Assembly: GCF_036971445.1 (NCBI RefSeq) | Contig: NC_091470.1 | Coordinates: 96,968,001-97,032,000, forward strand | DNA length: 64,000 bases | Direction of reading: 5' to 3' | Source of the DNA: Narcine bancroftii | Taxonomy: Eukaryota | Shown here: piece by piece, positions 36,596-48,237 of the stretch | Layout: each line of letters begins with the position of its first letter | How positions within the stretch are numbered: position 1 is the first letter of the stretch | The notes under the pieces: model-generated | Databases searched by the model: none | Told to the model about the DNA's origin: nothing | Seen by the model: only the letters and a program-made list of their open reading frames with translations | Program-made: the position numbers and the translations under genes

Positions 36596-37499
36596 CTTGG
36601 GCATAATCATAACCATATGTAATCACTTTTTGTAACCCATTTCTGAGCTCAATGTGTCGTGACTACCTCGTAATAAATGTGGAAGGTGGGTGGTAAGGGT
36701 TGTGGTTAATTGTAACTGAGTTAAGTTAAATGCAGTATTATTAGTGGTTAGGCAGCTGCGCCCTCTTGTCTGTTTGGAATGAACCATTGTCAGACAGTTG
36801 TGAACCTTTGAAGCGCTGTTTGTGACTTCAACTGAAGCTTTGATTGTGTGGAGGCACCAGACAATTGTCTGTTTAACTAGCTTGTCGAAATATTGATGGC
36901 TTGCTGAATTGCCAGCATTCCAAGCTGAAGTCTTGCTTCCTTGCCTCCCTGCTGGAACAGCCTACTCATTTTTGCCAGGAGTCCTTTGGTGACAGCTGCT
37001 TTAGAGACACTGATGAGGAAGTATTATTACGCTTTGAACAACAGAACCTTTGTAAAGTTTTTTTTTGACTGACCAAACCTTTCTTTACTGTGGTCTTGAG
37101 GCATATTTCATTAAATTAATATCCTGAATAACCCATACGGTTTCAATTCCTCACTGTAATAATGATCACAGAATGGGTTGGGCTAGAAACTGGGTCTGAG
37201 CTGTGGTTTCCTAATTTGATGAACATTTTGAGCACCTTGAGCTCCTCATCAAAGCATTTTGATACAGGCAATGTGCAACTGCCGGAAATACGCCCAGGCA
37301 GTTAGTGGCAACATTTGTGGAATGTTGGTTTGATATCTGGACTGTCATGCAAGCACACACACACAATTTTTTTTTAAAACCATATAGAAAAAACAGATTT
37401 GGACAATGGAAGAAAACTGTTCGCTGTCCAACATATAATGAAATCTTTAATTGTTGATAATTGGGGATTTGGTTGTAGGTGAGTCAGTTCTTGAAGAAA

Positions 37500-38260
37500 T
37501 AGTGAGACATGTGGGAGCAAACTGGATCCATCAGGGCAGAGGCAACATGATTTCAGCAAAAGCAGGTCCAATTTGACAAATGTAGTGGAGTTATTTGAGG
37601 ATATAACGAGCGCAGTAGATAGATGGTTGTTGTTAACCTGGATTTTCAGAATGCGTTCGATGATGTGCCCCATAAAAGACTTATTCATAAGATAAGGTTG
37701 CATGGAATTGGGGGCGATGTACTAGCACGGATAGAGGATGGATTAACCAATAGAAAGCAGAGAATTGAGGTGTAGGGGTGTTTTTCTGGTTGGCAATCAG
37801 TGGTGAGTGGAGTGCCACAGGGGTCGATGCTGGGCCCACAACTGTTCACAGTATACATAAATGATCTGGAAGAGGGGGCAGTGTAATGTATCTAAGTTTG
37901 CTGCTGACACTAAATCATGCAGAAGAGACTGAGAGAGATTTAGGTTGGTTAAGTGAGGGGGCAGATGGAATACTGGAGAGGCAGACCTCTGGAGCTCTTC
38001 GTGTAGTTCTGATCTCCTTACTTGAGGAAGGATGTACTGGCTTACCTGGTTCCCCAGGTTGATTCCAGAGATGAAGTGGAGAGATTAAGTCGACTGGGAC
38101 TTGTACTGGCTGGAATTTAGAAGAACGAGAGAGGCTCTTGTAGAAACATTAAAAAATTCTGAAAGGCATAATTACTACAGGCCTATCATCACATCGGCCG
38201 TGATCAGATTGAATGATGGAGCGGGCTTGACAGGCTGAATTACCTACTCTTGCTCCTGTT
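37500..38260 (+). mobile_element. Degenerate CR1 LINE RT fragment
   Basis: 'ctggattttcagaatgcgttcgatgatgtgcccc' (LDFQNAFDDVP) and 'agtggagtgccacaggggtcgatgctgggccca' ([11 protein letters not shown]). Confidence 0.8.
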
Positions 38261-39685
38261 CTGCAGAATAAGTATTAAGCTTATTTTTAATAATTAAACA
38301 GATGTCTCTGGCCAATAGGCCTATTCATTAAACCTATCTCCATCTCTAGGAACTGAGATTTTCAAGGAAGTGGTCATTGCTACACGTTAAAGACAAGATT
38401 CCAGTCATGAAGTGGTTATTGAAATGCTTTGCCTTGTACAGTGATTAATCAATGTACCCTGAAATTATTCGGCCTTTGGATCACTACAGGCAAACCACTA
38501 CCATGAATCCTTGTTTGAAACCCACCATTTTATAATTGATTTCATAAAGGCATTAAGCATGAGAGTCAAGGTTGTTCCTAGAAGATCAGTGAAAGAAAAT
38601 GCACTATCCATGACCAATAAATCAATGCTGAGGTGTCTAAACAGATTGTGTGAGTGAGAGGAAAAAAGTGTTGAATCTGAAGTTTTGTTTTCCCATTCAG
38701 AGAAAATGTAGCCTAGATGTATTGTTCAGCACGTTGATATCCTCTTCCAGTGTTGTTCTTTGGGAGTTTGTTATAAATGGGACGATCTAACTCATGGAGG
38801 GCTGCAAGAATTGGTTTTTGGCCCTCAATTACTTTCTGTTTGTATTAATGACTTAAAAGAGGGCACAGAGTGGAAGCTGTGCATGTTCAATGGTGACGCA
38901 GTAACAAGTGGAAGAGGATATTTGGATTCTGTAAATAGCTTGAAGAGGTGGGTGAAGTCTTGAAAAACAGAACAATGTCGAAAAAAGTGAGGTCATGCAC
39001 TTTGTGAGAAGGAATCAAAAGGCAATATCTAACTGGAGAGAGATTAAGTATAACAGTGTGCAGATACAGCAAATAATTTGAATGACAATGACCTTTACTA
39101 CTAGGGGTTTGGAGTTTAAAAACAGAAGTATTTTAATTGGACAGGGTACCAATGAGGTTGCACTGAGTACTGGGCATAGTTTTGGTCTTATAAAGAATAT
39201 ACTGACTTGGAGACTTCAGATGGTGATTCACTGAGCGAATTCTTGGAATGCAGGGATCTCTTTCAATAAAAACAGTTATTACCTACATTATTTGCAGTTT
39301 AAGGAATAAACCTTTTGGAAAAATACAAGATCCAAAATAGCCTGACAGGGTAAATGTTGAGATGTTGCTACCACAAGGAGAATCTTGAACATTGGGACAT
39401 AGCTGGAATGTAATTACAACTGAGAAGCATAACTGTTTCTTTTCACAGGGGGTTATGGAGACTGGATCAATGAACAGTGTTAACATGGAAATAGAATTTT
39501 GTTTGCTAGATTGCGAATTGAGAACTAAGATCTGAGGCCTTGATCATAATGAGGACCCCTCGGCCTATTCCTGTTCTTCTTGCGTGTATACTCTAGGCTT
39601 CTCGATAAAGCCCAGTGCGCCGTATAACTTGCTTTTTCAACCTGATGAATCCCTGATTCTCCTTTTGCCTACCTTCTTTGAACAG

Positions 39686-39750
39686 GGTGTCTGTCGGCTG
39701 CCAGATGAAAGTGATGGCAATGAGTATCCATTCAGGAGAATTGACATTAG
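39686..39750 (+). CDS. POLB: DNA polymerase beta, exon 12 (65 nt), catalytic D256
   Basis: Acceptor tgaacag|, donor |gtgagt. Translates GVCRLPDESDGNEYPFRRIDI(R). Confidence 0.97.
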
Positions 39751-39930
39751 GTGAGTCTATGCATAACATTTACAAATAAATGAATGAAGTACTAATTTTC
39801 TGATGCACCTAACTGAACAGGTTTTTTGTATCTCAGTGCAGTGATCTTATTTGATGTGAAGAAATAATTTTTCAGAAATTATTTGTGAAGCTGTTTGGTG
39901 TTTTTGATTTCAGACTTGCTTTTCTATATA

Positions 39931-40359
39931 CAGGTACACAATCTTTTATCCGGAACTCTTGGGGGACAGTGCGTTCTGAATTTCAGATTTTTCTGAATTT
40001 TGGAAAGCCAGATTTAAACCCACCCGAATTGTGCTGCCATATCCACCCCCACCCCCTTCCAGTCACACTGCCATCTCCCCCACCATCGCCTGCCCGACTT
40101 GCATTGCCGATCAACCCCCCTTGCCTGCCCGACTCATGCTTCCAGTCTTTCCCCCTCGCCCGCCCGACTCGCACTGCTGGTCACCCCCCCCCTCGCCCAC
40201 CTGACTCACGCTGTCGGTCACCCACCCAACTCATGCTGCCAGTTTCCTGCCCGCCCGACTTGCGCTGCCAGTCTTCTGCCCACCCAACTCTCTCTCCCCA
40301 CCTGCCAGATTTTGGAGCTTTCCAGATTTTAGATGTCCGGATAAAGGATTGTGCACCTG
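39931..40359 (-). mobile_element. Tigger/pogo-like MITE, copy 3 (complete, opposite orientation to copies 1 and 2)
   Basis: TA|CAGGTACACAATCTTTTATCCGGA...TCCGGATAAAGGATTGTGCACCTG|TA, with internal C-rich degenerate repeats. Confidence 0.9.
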
Positions 40360-40700
40360 TATACTTTTCATATAGTTTTTGACAATTCTGCTTGCTTAGG
40401 AATTCTTAAGTAGTTAAATAATCCATTTAAGTTCCAAATGAATGGACTGGAATTTGCTTGGGATGTCTTTGCCAAACTGCACCCATGGAGTTCCAAACCT
40501 GCTAGCTGTTCTCCAACATTACTCAGGCATTGGATTCTTCATAGAGTCCAAAGGTAGAAAATAAATGTTGCAATACCTCAGCCCTTGCATTGAGATCTCT
40601 CCAAAATAATAAAATCCTTTCAGACCAATGAAAAGAAGTGGTTGTGAGGAATATTATACCTTTGTTTTAACTAATTGAGTTCACTAAACTGTTTTAATTG

Positions 40701-41544
40701 CAGTAAAATCCCCATTATCCTGCCCTGTCGGGGATCACAGATGCTGGAAATGGACTGATTGCATCAAGAATATACACCGTTTAAAAGTCAAAACACAGTG
40801 CAAAATGTAAAGTAATTGGAAAAAAATCAACATTGTCTTTAATTACATAAAGTTCCTTTTAATCAAGTAATTCCTGTAGCTTGCAAAATTTAAATTTGAA
40901 CCCCAGTCGCTGGTGCTCTAATAGTATTGCGCAAACCGTGCTGCCATTATAATTAACCCCCTCCCCCCAAGTTTACAGATAAAGCCTTACAAATATTCCT
41001 AATACTAATAAAGATAGGTGTTTGGGAGAATCACTCCAACGGTGAGCGGCATTGGCCAGCTTTTCATCCTGGGCGCCGCCATTTCATTCCAACAGAACTT
41101 TATTCACACAGCTGCCGTGGCCAGGGCATGAACTAGGCACTCAACTGTCTGAATCAATTTGCTCCCAAGGCAACCCAACTCCCCTTCACACTCAAGGGTC
41201 CCGGTCAGGCCCTTGGCACACCTTCCTCGCGCTGACACCCCAACTCCCCTTCACACACAAGCGTCCCGGTCAGGCCCCCTCGTGCTAACAGCCAGGCTCA
41301 CCTCCAGGCCCTCAGTGCACCTTCCTCCTGCTGACAAGCTGATTCTCCTCCACGCAAGTGGCAACAATGAAAAAGAATGTGCGTGCATTGAGGGGCATTG
41401 CTAATTCAGCAGAGCAAACCTGCACGTGTCCCCAACTAAGTCGCAGTGCTCCACCGCAGGGTCCATCCGCCCAGTCTTAGTCATTCTATTTATTTATTTC
41501 CTCTATTCTTTAGCCGGTTGTTTGAGTTTCTGGGAATTTTACTG
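40701..41544. mobile_element. Tc1/mariner-type non-autonomous element
   Basis: Termini CAGTAAAATCCCC / GGGAATTTTACTG|TA, related to 34023-34220. Confidence 0.6.
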
Positions 41545-42226
41545 TATTTTGAATTTCTTGGATGTTTATAATTTTACTGTATTTTGAATTTCTTGGATGC
41601 TTATATTTCTTCTTTTGCATTTTTCTGATTATTTAATTGATTCATTGACTTTGTTTTTAAATGTCATGGACATTTTGAAATGTTCAAAGCCCATGATAAA
41701 TCTGTGTAGCTTGGCCTGTTGAGAGTTTTTTTTTCAGGTATTCCTTGTTCTGGCAACCTCCCTCCATTCATGTGACGGTATTACACTGTGAAACTCGCCA
41801 TAAATGCATAGAATCTTATCACTTTGGGGTGGCACCAACCCACAACATCCCAAGTTTACAATGGGAGGTTCATAAAAGGTAAAAATGTCCCTACCTGATG
41901 AGTCAGTAACAAGTGCAGCCAATAAATTTTGACCCATTAATGACATTTGCAAATTTCCAATCATTGCAGAAAACGTGCAGACTAGTTAATGTGGAGGTGC
42001 TGTAATATTTTCCACCATTCCCTGGTGAATCACAATATTTAGGATGTTGAAATTAATTCTCCTCATTGAAATGTTGAATTGTCTTTTTTGTCTCCATGTG
42101 GGGAGGATGATTTCTGGAAACAATAGAACTTTAAAGTAGCTATGATTCTATCAGAAAAGTGAAAGGGAGATGGAGCTGTGGAATAGCAAGTTCAGGAGAA
42201 GATTAAATGGTAGCAATTGTAGTTTC

Positions 42227-42984
42227 TTTCTTTTCCAATCTTTTTATTATTATTATAATTTATAAACACATACAGTTCAAAGAGATATGAAAAATACAGA
42301 GTAAATAACGAATTAGTACAGAGATATTAAACAATAATATTGCAGAATAAAAATATATCATAAAAAAATTTTAGATCAGTTTAGAGTATGAACTATCTCT
42401 AAAAAAAAATGATATAATTAATAAAAATATATTAAAAAAAAGAGAGAAAAAAAAACCCCAAAAAGGAAGAAAAAACAAATCTGAATTAAAAACTTTAAAA
42501 AAAACCTACCGATATAGCTAAATCACGCCGATCACTCCGATCTCATCTAACAGCCCAATTATCATACATAATCATAAAAAGAAAACAGAGCCAGATCAAC
42601 TCACCACAAATGAAAAGATTGAATAAATGGTCGCCAGGTTAACTCAAACTTAGAAGGGGATTCATAGACAGAGTTTCTAATTTTCTCTAAATTTAAACAT
42701 AGTATAGTTTGGGTAAACCATTGGAAAACAGTGGGAGGATTAACCTCTTTCCAATTCAATAGTATAGATCTTCTAGCCATTAGTGTAAGAAAAGCAATCA
42801 TACGATCCGCAGGAAGAGATAAATAAGTCAAATCTATCATAGGTAATCCAAAAATTGCAGTAATGGGATGTGGTTGTAAATCAATATTCAAAACGGTAGA
42901 TATAATGGAAAAAATTTCCTTCCAATAATTCTGTAAAGAGGGACAGGACCAAAACATATGTGTAAGGGAAGCTATTTCCAATTG
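42227..42984 (-). mobile_element. 5'-truncated L1-clade LINE (ORF2 C-terminus and A-rich 3' UTR)
   Basis: ORF ASLTHMFWSCPSLQNYWKEIF...ARRSILLNWK (CCHC region). 16-bp TSD TAGCAATTGTAGTTTC at 42211-42226 and 43038-43053. Confidence 0.9.
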
Positions 42985-43395
42985 ACATTTTTTTACATAT
43001 TATTTGATTGAAACTACAATTGAAAATTATTCAGAATTAGCAATTGTAGTTTCAATCAAATAATATGTAAAAAAAAATGTATTAAACTGCCTTGGAACTG
43101 AAGTTGCATAAAACTGCAAGTTAGAACTTAAGAAGCTTGCTAAAGTTATTTTATTCAAATGGTATAATACCAGAATGTGATTTTCCTCTTTGCAATTAAT
43201 AATTCACAATTTTAAGTAACACTTCGAAGTGGTACTTGAAAAAGTGTGGCTTGGAAACATTCTCAGTGGTTCCTGCTCTGACATCTGATTCTGTTTACTA
43301 CATGTTTTTAAACAGCTACACTAATAACAGATTGATGGTGGTCTCATAGTTTGGTCTGGACCTCCTAGCTCGACATGCTTACCCTGTTCAGCCCT

Positions 43396-43493
43396 TGAGA
43401 AAAAGTCGTTTTTTAAACCTTCTGGTTTGTCATGAATAAAATGTGAGAAAAAGTCATTTTTTAAACCTTCTGGTTTGTCATGAATAAAATGTG
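43396..43493. repeat. 48-bp tandem duplication
   Basis: tgagaaaaagtcRttttttaaaccttctggtttgtcatgaataaaatg, two copies with one mismatch. Confidence 0.9.
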
Positions 43494-43980
43494 TTACACC
43501 AAGTAGGGAATTTTTTGGATATAGGTCAATGATTTCTTATTTCTTTAAAAAAAAATCTATGGGACGGAACATTAAGTAAAAAGATTTCAGCCTTTCCCAT
43601 AGGATCAAAATCTCAAATCCTACCACTGACGTTCCTTGTGGAGTTTTCACCATACTCCTTCTGGTAGTTTGTGTATGAGGGCTCACAGCCACTTCTGTGG
43701 GGACATCTAGAATAATAAGGTGTCACCCTTGTCTGCAACAATTACGTGGGTGAGAATGGATCTTTGCATCCTCGGCACCATAACCTCAAAATTCTAAACT
43801 AATAATAGCCTTTATGTTACTGCATTTCTTTCAACAAAGTCCTTGAGTTATTCACTTTTCTTCCTTCACTCACTGGAATATTTTTAAAGAATTTTGATTA
43901 AATTCTCATTTTATTGGCCGTTGTCTATTTAACTATATGATTTATTGTAATCCTACACTCTGTGCTCTTTACACGGCTAC

Positions 43981-43981
43981 A

Positions 43982-44014
<33 letters not shown>
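43981..44014. repeat. (TA)n microsatellite
   Basis: Direct observation. Confidence 0.9.
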
Positions 44015-44503
44015 GTAATATCAGAGGTAACTTGTACTGTTCACAGAAGAACTGTGCTCACTGGGTTCTTGTGACAAATAAAGTTGAACTAAACTAAATG
44101 ACCTGAAACCCTTCATTCAGGGGACATGGATTTGTCAGGCTGAACCAGTATTTAATATGGTGGTGAGCAGCCTCCTTGAACCACTCCAGATCTTGAGATA
44201 TGGGTAATCCCTCAGGGGTAATCCCTCAGTATTGTTCAGAAGGCAGTTCCAGGATTTTGATCAAATTGTCAGGTAATATTATCAAAGATATCTGCTTAAT
44301 ATTAACAGTTCAGAAACCAGGCAAAAGAGGATTCAGGTGTGCCTCTGAGGAGAGTTTGGTTGTAACTGTATTTCTGTAGTTTTAAAAAGGATGTTCTAGT
44401 GGTCAATATTTCAGAAATTAGACACATTAACATGTTACCCAGTTTAGGATTCAAATATATCCATTAACCAGTAGCTTATTGTCCTTTTGCTGAATATTGC
44501 TAG

Positions 44504-44867
44504 TGTTAGGTCTGCTTTGTTCATGAATGAGTGAGACAAACACCAGACTGAGTCGAAATCAGGGTTCTTTGTTCTTTATTACCGGATTGTAACACTTGCG
44601 ACTAACAATGTTAGTCGGAGAATGCATTCTGCCGTTATCAGCAAAATGGTGATTTTTTTATACCCTTGGATACGTGCTTAGAACATCATCATATCATTAC
44701 TTGTCCAATGACTAAAACTGTTGCTATCCTTTCCCTGCTAGCTTCCTGCCTCTCAATCCATCAATGTCTCTCTTATCTTGTAAGTACAAGGATGCATTCA
44801 CATCTTGTTACAGCCCTGCACAGGGTAACTCCTTACACATTCCCATCTCATGATGTTTTACCTTACA
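44504..44867 (-). mobile_element. Solo LTR (probably Gypsy/Ty3-type), copy 1
   Basis: TG...CA termini (TGTTAGG / CCTTACA) and 4-bp TSD CTAG (44500-44503, 44868-44871). TATA and AATAAA lie on the minus strand. Confidence 0.88.
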
Positions 44868-44893
44868 CTAGCCATGTGCTTTTCTTCTTGCAG

Positions 44894-45033
44894 GCTTATT
44901 CCGAAAGATCAGTATTTCTGCGGTGTGCTTTATTTCACTGGTAGTGATCTTTTTAACAAGAACATGAGGACTCAAGCACTGGAAAAAGGCTTCACGTTAA
45001 ATGAGTACACTATACGCCCGCTGGGAATCACAG
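44894..45033 (+). CDS. POLB: DNA polymerase beta, exon 13 (140 nt)
   Basis: Acceptor ttcttgcag|, donor |gtagga. Translates [46 protein letters not shown](G); Y271, F272, D276, N279, K280, R283 and E295 are retained. Confidence 0.97.
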
Positions 45034-45074
45034 GTAGGAGCTGAATGATGTTGTCTATGAGTGTTTTATACTTA

Positions 45075-45300
45075 AATTTAGAAATGGAGCACAGTAGCAG
45101 GCCCTTCTGGCCCATGAGCCGTACTGCCCAAATCCATCCAATTGACCTACCCTCCCCGGTACATTTTTAAATGTGGGATGAAACCTCAGAACTTGGAGGA
45201 AACCCACAGAGACATGGGGAGACCAAACAAACTCCTTACAGACAGCGCCAGATTTGAACCCTGGTTGCTTGGGATGTAGCAACATTGCGCTAACCATGCT
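45075..45300 (-). mobile_element. V-SINE (HE1-like)
   Basis: Matches the other copies ('aaactccttacagacagcgccagatttgaaccc'). Confidence 0.75.
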
Positions 45301-46194
45301 TCCCTTGTACTTTTAATACATTTTTTAAAATGTCAAAAAATTGACTTCCTTTAAAGGTGAAGGTTAAATGCAAAGCAAATCTTCATTTTTTTTAAATTAC
45401 AGACCCTACGGAAAATTATCAAAAAATTTTTTTATCATTCCAATATTTATTGTCATATACATTGTTTAATGTGCATATCTACTGAAGATCTTAAAGTAAA
45501 AATGACAATAGTTACCCTCTGAGACTCAGAGCAATTGATCTGGTTGCTTCCTGGTCAAAATCAGTGATCCCCATCAGCAGCACCCAAGAGATGTACGCTG
45601 CTGAGGGGAACGGTCACAAGAGTACTCTGCCCTCCCTGCCTGTCTCCTTTACCTCTCCTAACTGTTACCCAGCTACCTTCCTCATGCCTCCTGTGTGGGA
45701 TTGTGTCCCTGTAACTCCTATCTATTACCCCTTCAGCCTCCCAAATGATCTAAAGTTCATCCCAGCTCCAATTCCCTAACCTAGTCTAAGGAGCTGCTGT
45801 TGGATGTACTTCTCACAGATGAAGTCATCAAGGATACTGTTGGGTTCCCTGACTATCCACATTCTGCAAGAGGAGCATACCTCTGGCCTGGCTGCCTATT
45901 AAAGAGGAAAGAGTTCAAAATACCTTTCCTTGCCTTCACTCTTGTATCTCCACCTCACCCTCTGCTCACTGTAGCCTCTTGAAGCTAAGCCTCAAATTCC
46001 CACTCACACTGGGCCACTCACACAATTGTTGCTCCACTTGTGCCAGCTGATTTTTATTTGTTCCTACTGATGAACTACGATTTGATTGGTCAACTAAAAC
46101 GCCGAGCCTCGTGAATGCTCCTTTTTAATCTCTTTGCTCTGACCTGGGTATAAGTCTCTCTCCCTGTGAATCAATTGGTTCATTAGCTGTTCTT

Positions 46195-48220
46195 TTTTTA
46201 AATTTTTTTTATTTTCACACTATGAACCATACTGACCAAAATACACACAAACATTTCCCTCTTGAATATACACAGTGTCATTTTCTCCCTTTTACCCCCC
46301 TCCCTTCCCTCCCTCCTTCACCCCCCTCCCCACTCACTCAACGTTTAACTTATATGATACATTAAACCCATTAAACAATGTCATACAATGAAAATAAACA
46401 AGAAATTTGTGTCATCTACTTTTACATAATGGGCCAGTTCATTTCGTCTTCTTCTCCTTCTGTCAATTTAGGTGGTGGAGGTCCACAGTAGGACTTCTCT
46501 GTTGTGTTCCATGTACGGTTCCAAAATTTGTTCGAATACTGTGATGTTATTTCTTAAATTATATCTTATTTTTTCCAATGGAATACATTTATTAATTTCT
46601 ATGTACCATTGCTGTCAGGCTATCTTCTAATTTCCAGGTTGACATAATACATTTTTTTGCTACAGCTAAGGCTATCATAATAAATATTTTTTGTGCTCCA
46701 TCCAAATCGATGCCAAGTTCTTTACTTCTTATATTACTTAGAAGAAAGATCTCTGGATTTTTTGGTATGTTGCTTTTTGTGATTTTATTTAATGCCTGGT
46801 TTAGATCTTCCCAAAACTTTTCTACTTTCTCACATGCCCAAATTGCATGTACTGTTGTTCCCGTATCCTATCTGATACTGTGGGGTCCCATTTATTTAAC
46901 TTTTGGGGCGTGGTGTATAGCCTGTGTAACCAATTATATTGTATCCTGCGTAACCTCGTGTTTATTGTATTTCTCATAGTTTTGGAGCATAGCTTTTCCC
47001 ATGTTTCATTCTTTATCTTTATGTTTAGATCTTGTTCCCATTTTTGTTTGGATTTACAGCTTGTTTCCTCGTTCTCTTTCTCTTGCAGTTTGATGTACAT
47101 GTTTGTTATAAATCTTTTAATTATCATTGTGTCTGTAATCACATATTCAAAATTGCTTCCTAAAGGAAAGGTTACCTATTATGAAAGGGATTAGTTGATT
47201 TAGCGTCAATATTAGTTTTGGTAGTTGATAATTTGTTTTATTCCTTTCTACGTGAATCTTCTTCAAAATGTTGAGCAGATGGTGCAGTACTGGTGAATTC
47301 CCATGTTGCACCAGCTTTTCATCCCACTTATATAGTATATGTTCGGGTACCTTCTCCCCTATTTTATCTAGCTCTATTTTATCTAGCCCAATCTGGTTTT
47401 TCCCTTGTTTGATAAAAATCTGATAGGTATCTTAATTGTGCTGCTCTATAATAATTCTTAAAGTTTGGTAGCTTTAAGCCCCATTGTTTGTACCATTCTG
47501 TTAATTTATCGAGCGCTATCCTCAGTTTCCCCCCTACTACAGAGGTTCAACCTACCAGAGAAATATATTAATTGGATTAAAGCATTATATAAGGGACCAT
47601 TGGTGAAGGTGACAGTAAATGGATATATATCAAATCAATTTAAATTAAGCAGATCAACAAGGCAGGGATGTCCACTATCTCCCTCACTGTTCACGTTAGC
47701 TATAGAACCACTGGCAGAACTGATAAGAACAGAAAATAAAATAAGAGGGATAAAAATAAAAGAGAAGGAATATTAAATCAGTCTATTTGCAGATGACATC
47801 ATAGTATACTTAACAGAACCAGAAATATCAATAAAAGAATTACATAAGAAATTGAAGAAATATGGAGAAGTATCGGGGTACAAGATCAACGCAAATAAAA
47901 GTGAAGCAATGTCAATGAATAATGCAGATTTCACAAAGTTTAAGAAAGAATCACCATTTAGATGGCAAACACAAGCAATTCGATACCTAGATATTAGACT
48001 AGAAAATAATCTAGGCCATCTATACAAACTAAATTATCAGCCATTAATGAAGAAATTACAAGACAACTTAGAACATTGGAAAGACTTACCACTAACACTG
48101 ATAGGAAGGGTAAATTGTATTAAAATGAATTTCTTCCCAAGGATACAATACCTATTTCAATCCTTACCAATTCACCTAACAGAGAATTTCTTCAAGGAGC
48201 TAAAGAAAATAATAAGGAAA
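46195..48220. mobile_element. L1-clade LINE with 5' inversion (3' part on - strand 46195-47535; RT core on + strand 47535-48220)
   Basis: The + part encodes RSTRQGCPLSPSLF, SLFADDIIVYL, SGYKINANKSE and GRVNCIKM. The - part encodes the C-terminus and A-tail. TSD CATTAGCTGTTCTT at 46181-46194 and 48224-48237. Confidence 0.92.
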
Positions 48221-48237
48221 GTCCATTAGCTGTTCTT

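Noticed and set aside
35484-36635. Plus-strand ORFs of 177-180 aa
   Set aside because: They are antisense shadows of the Penelope remnant.
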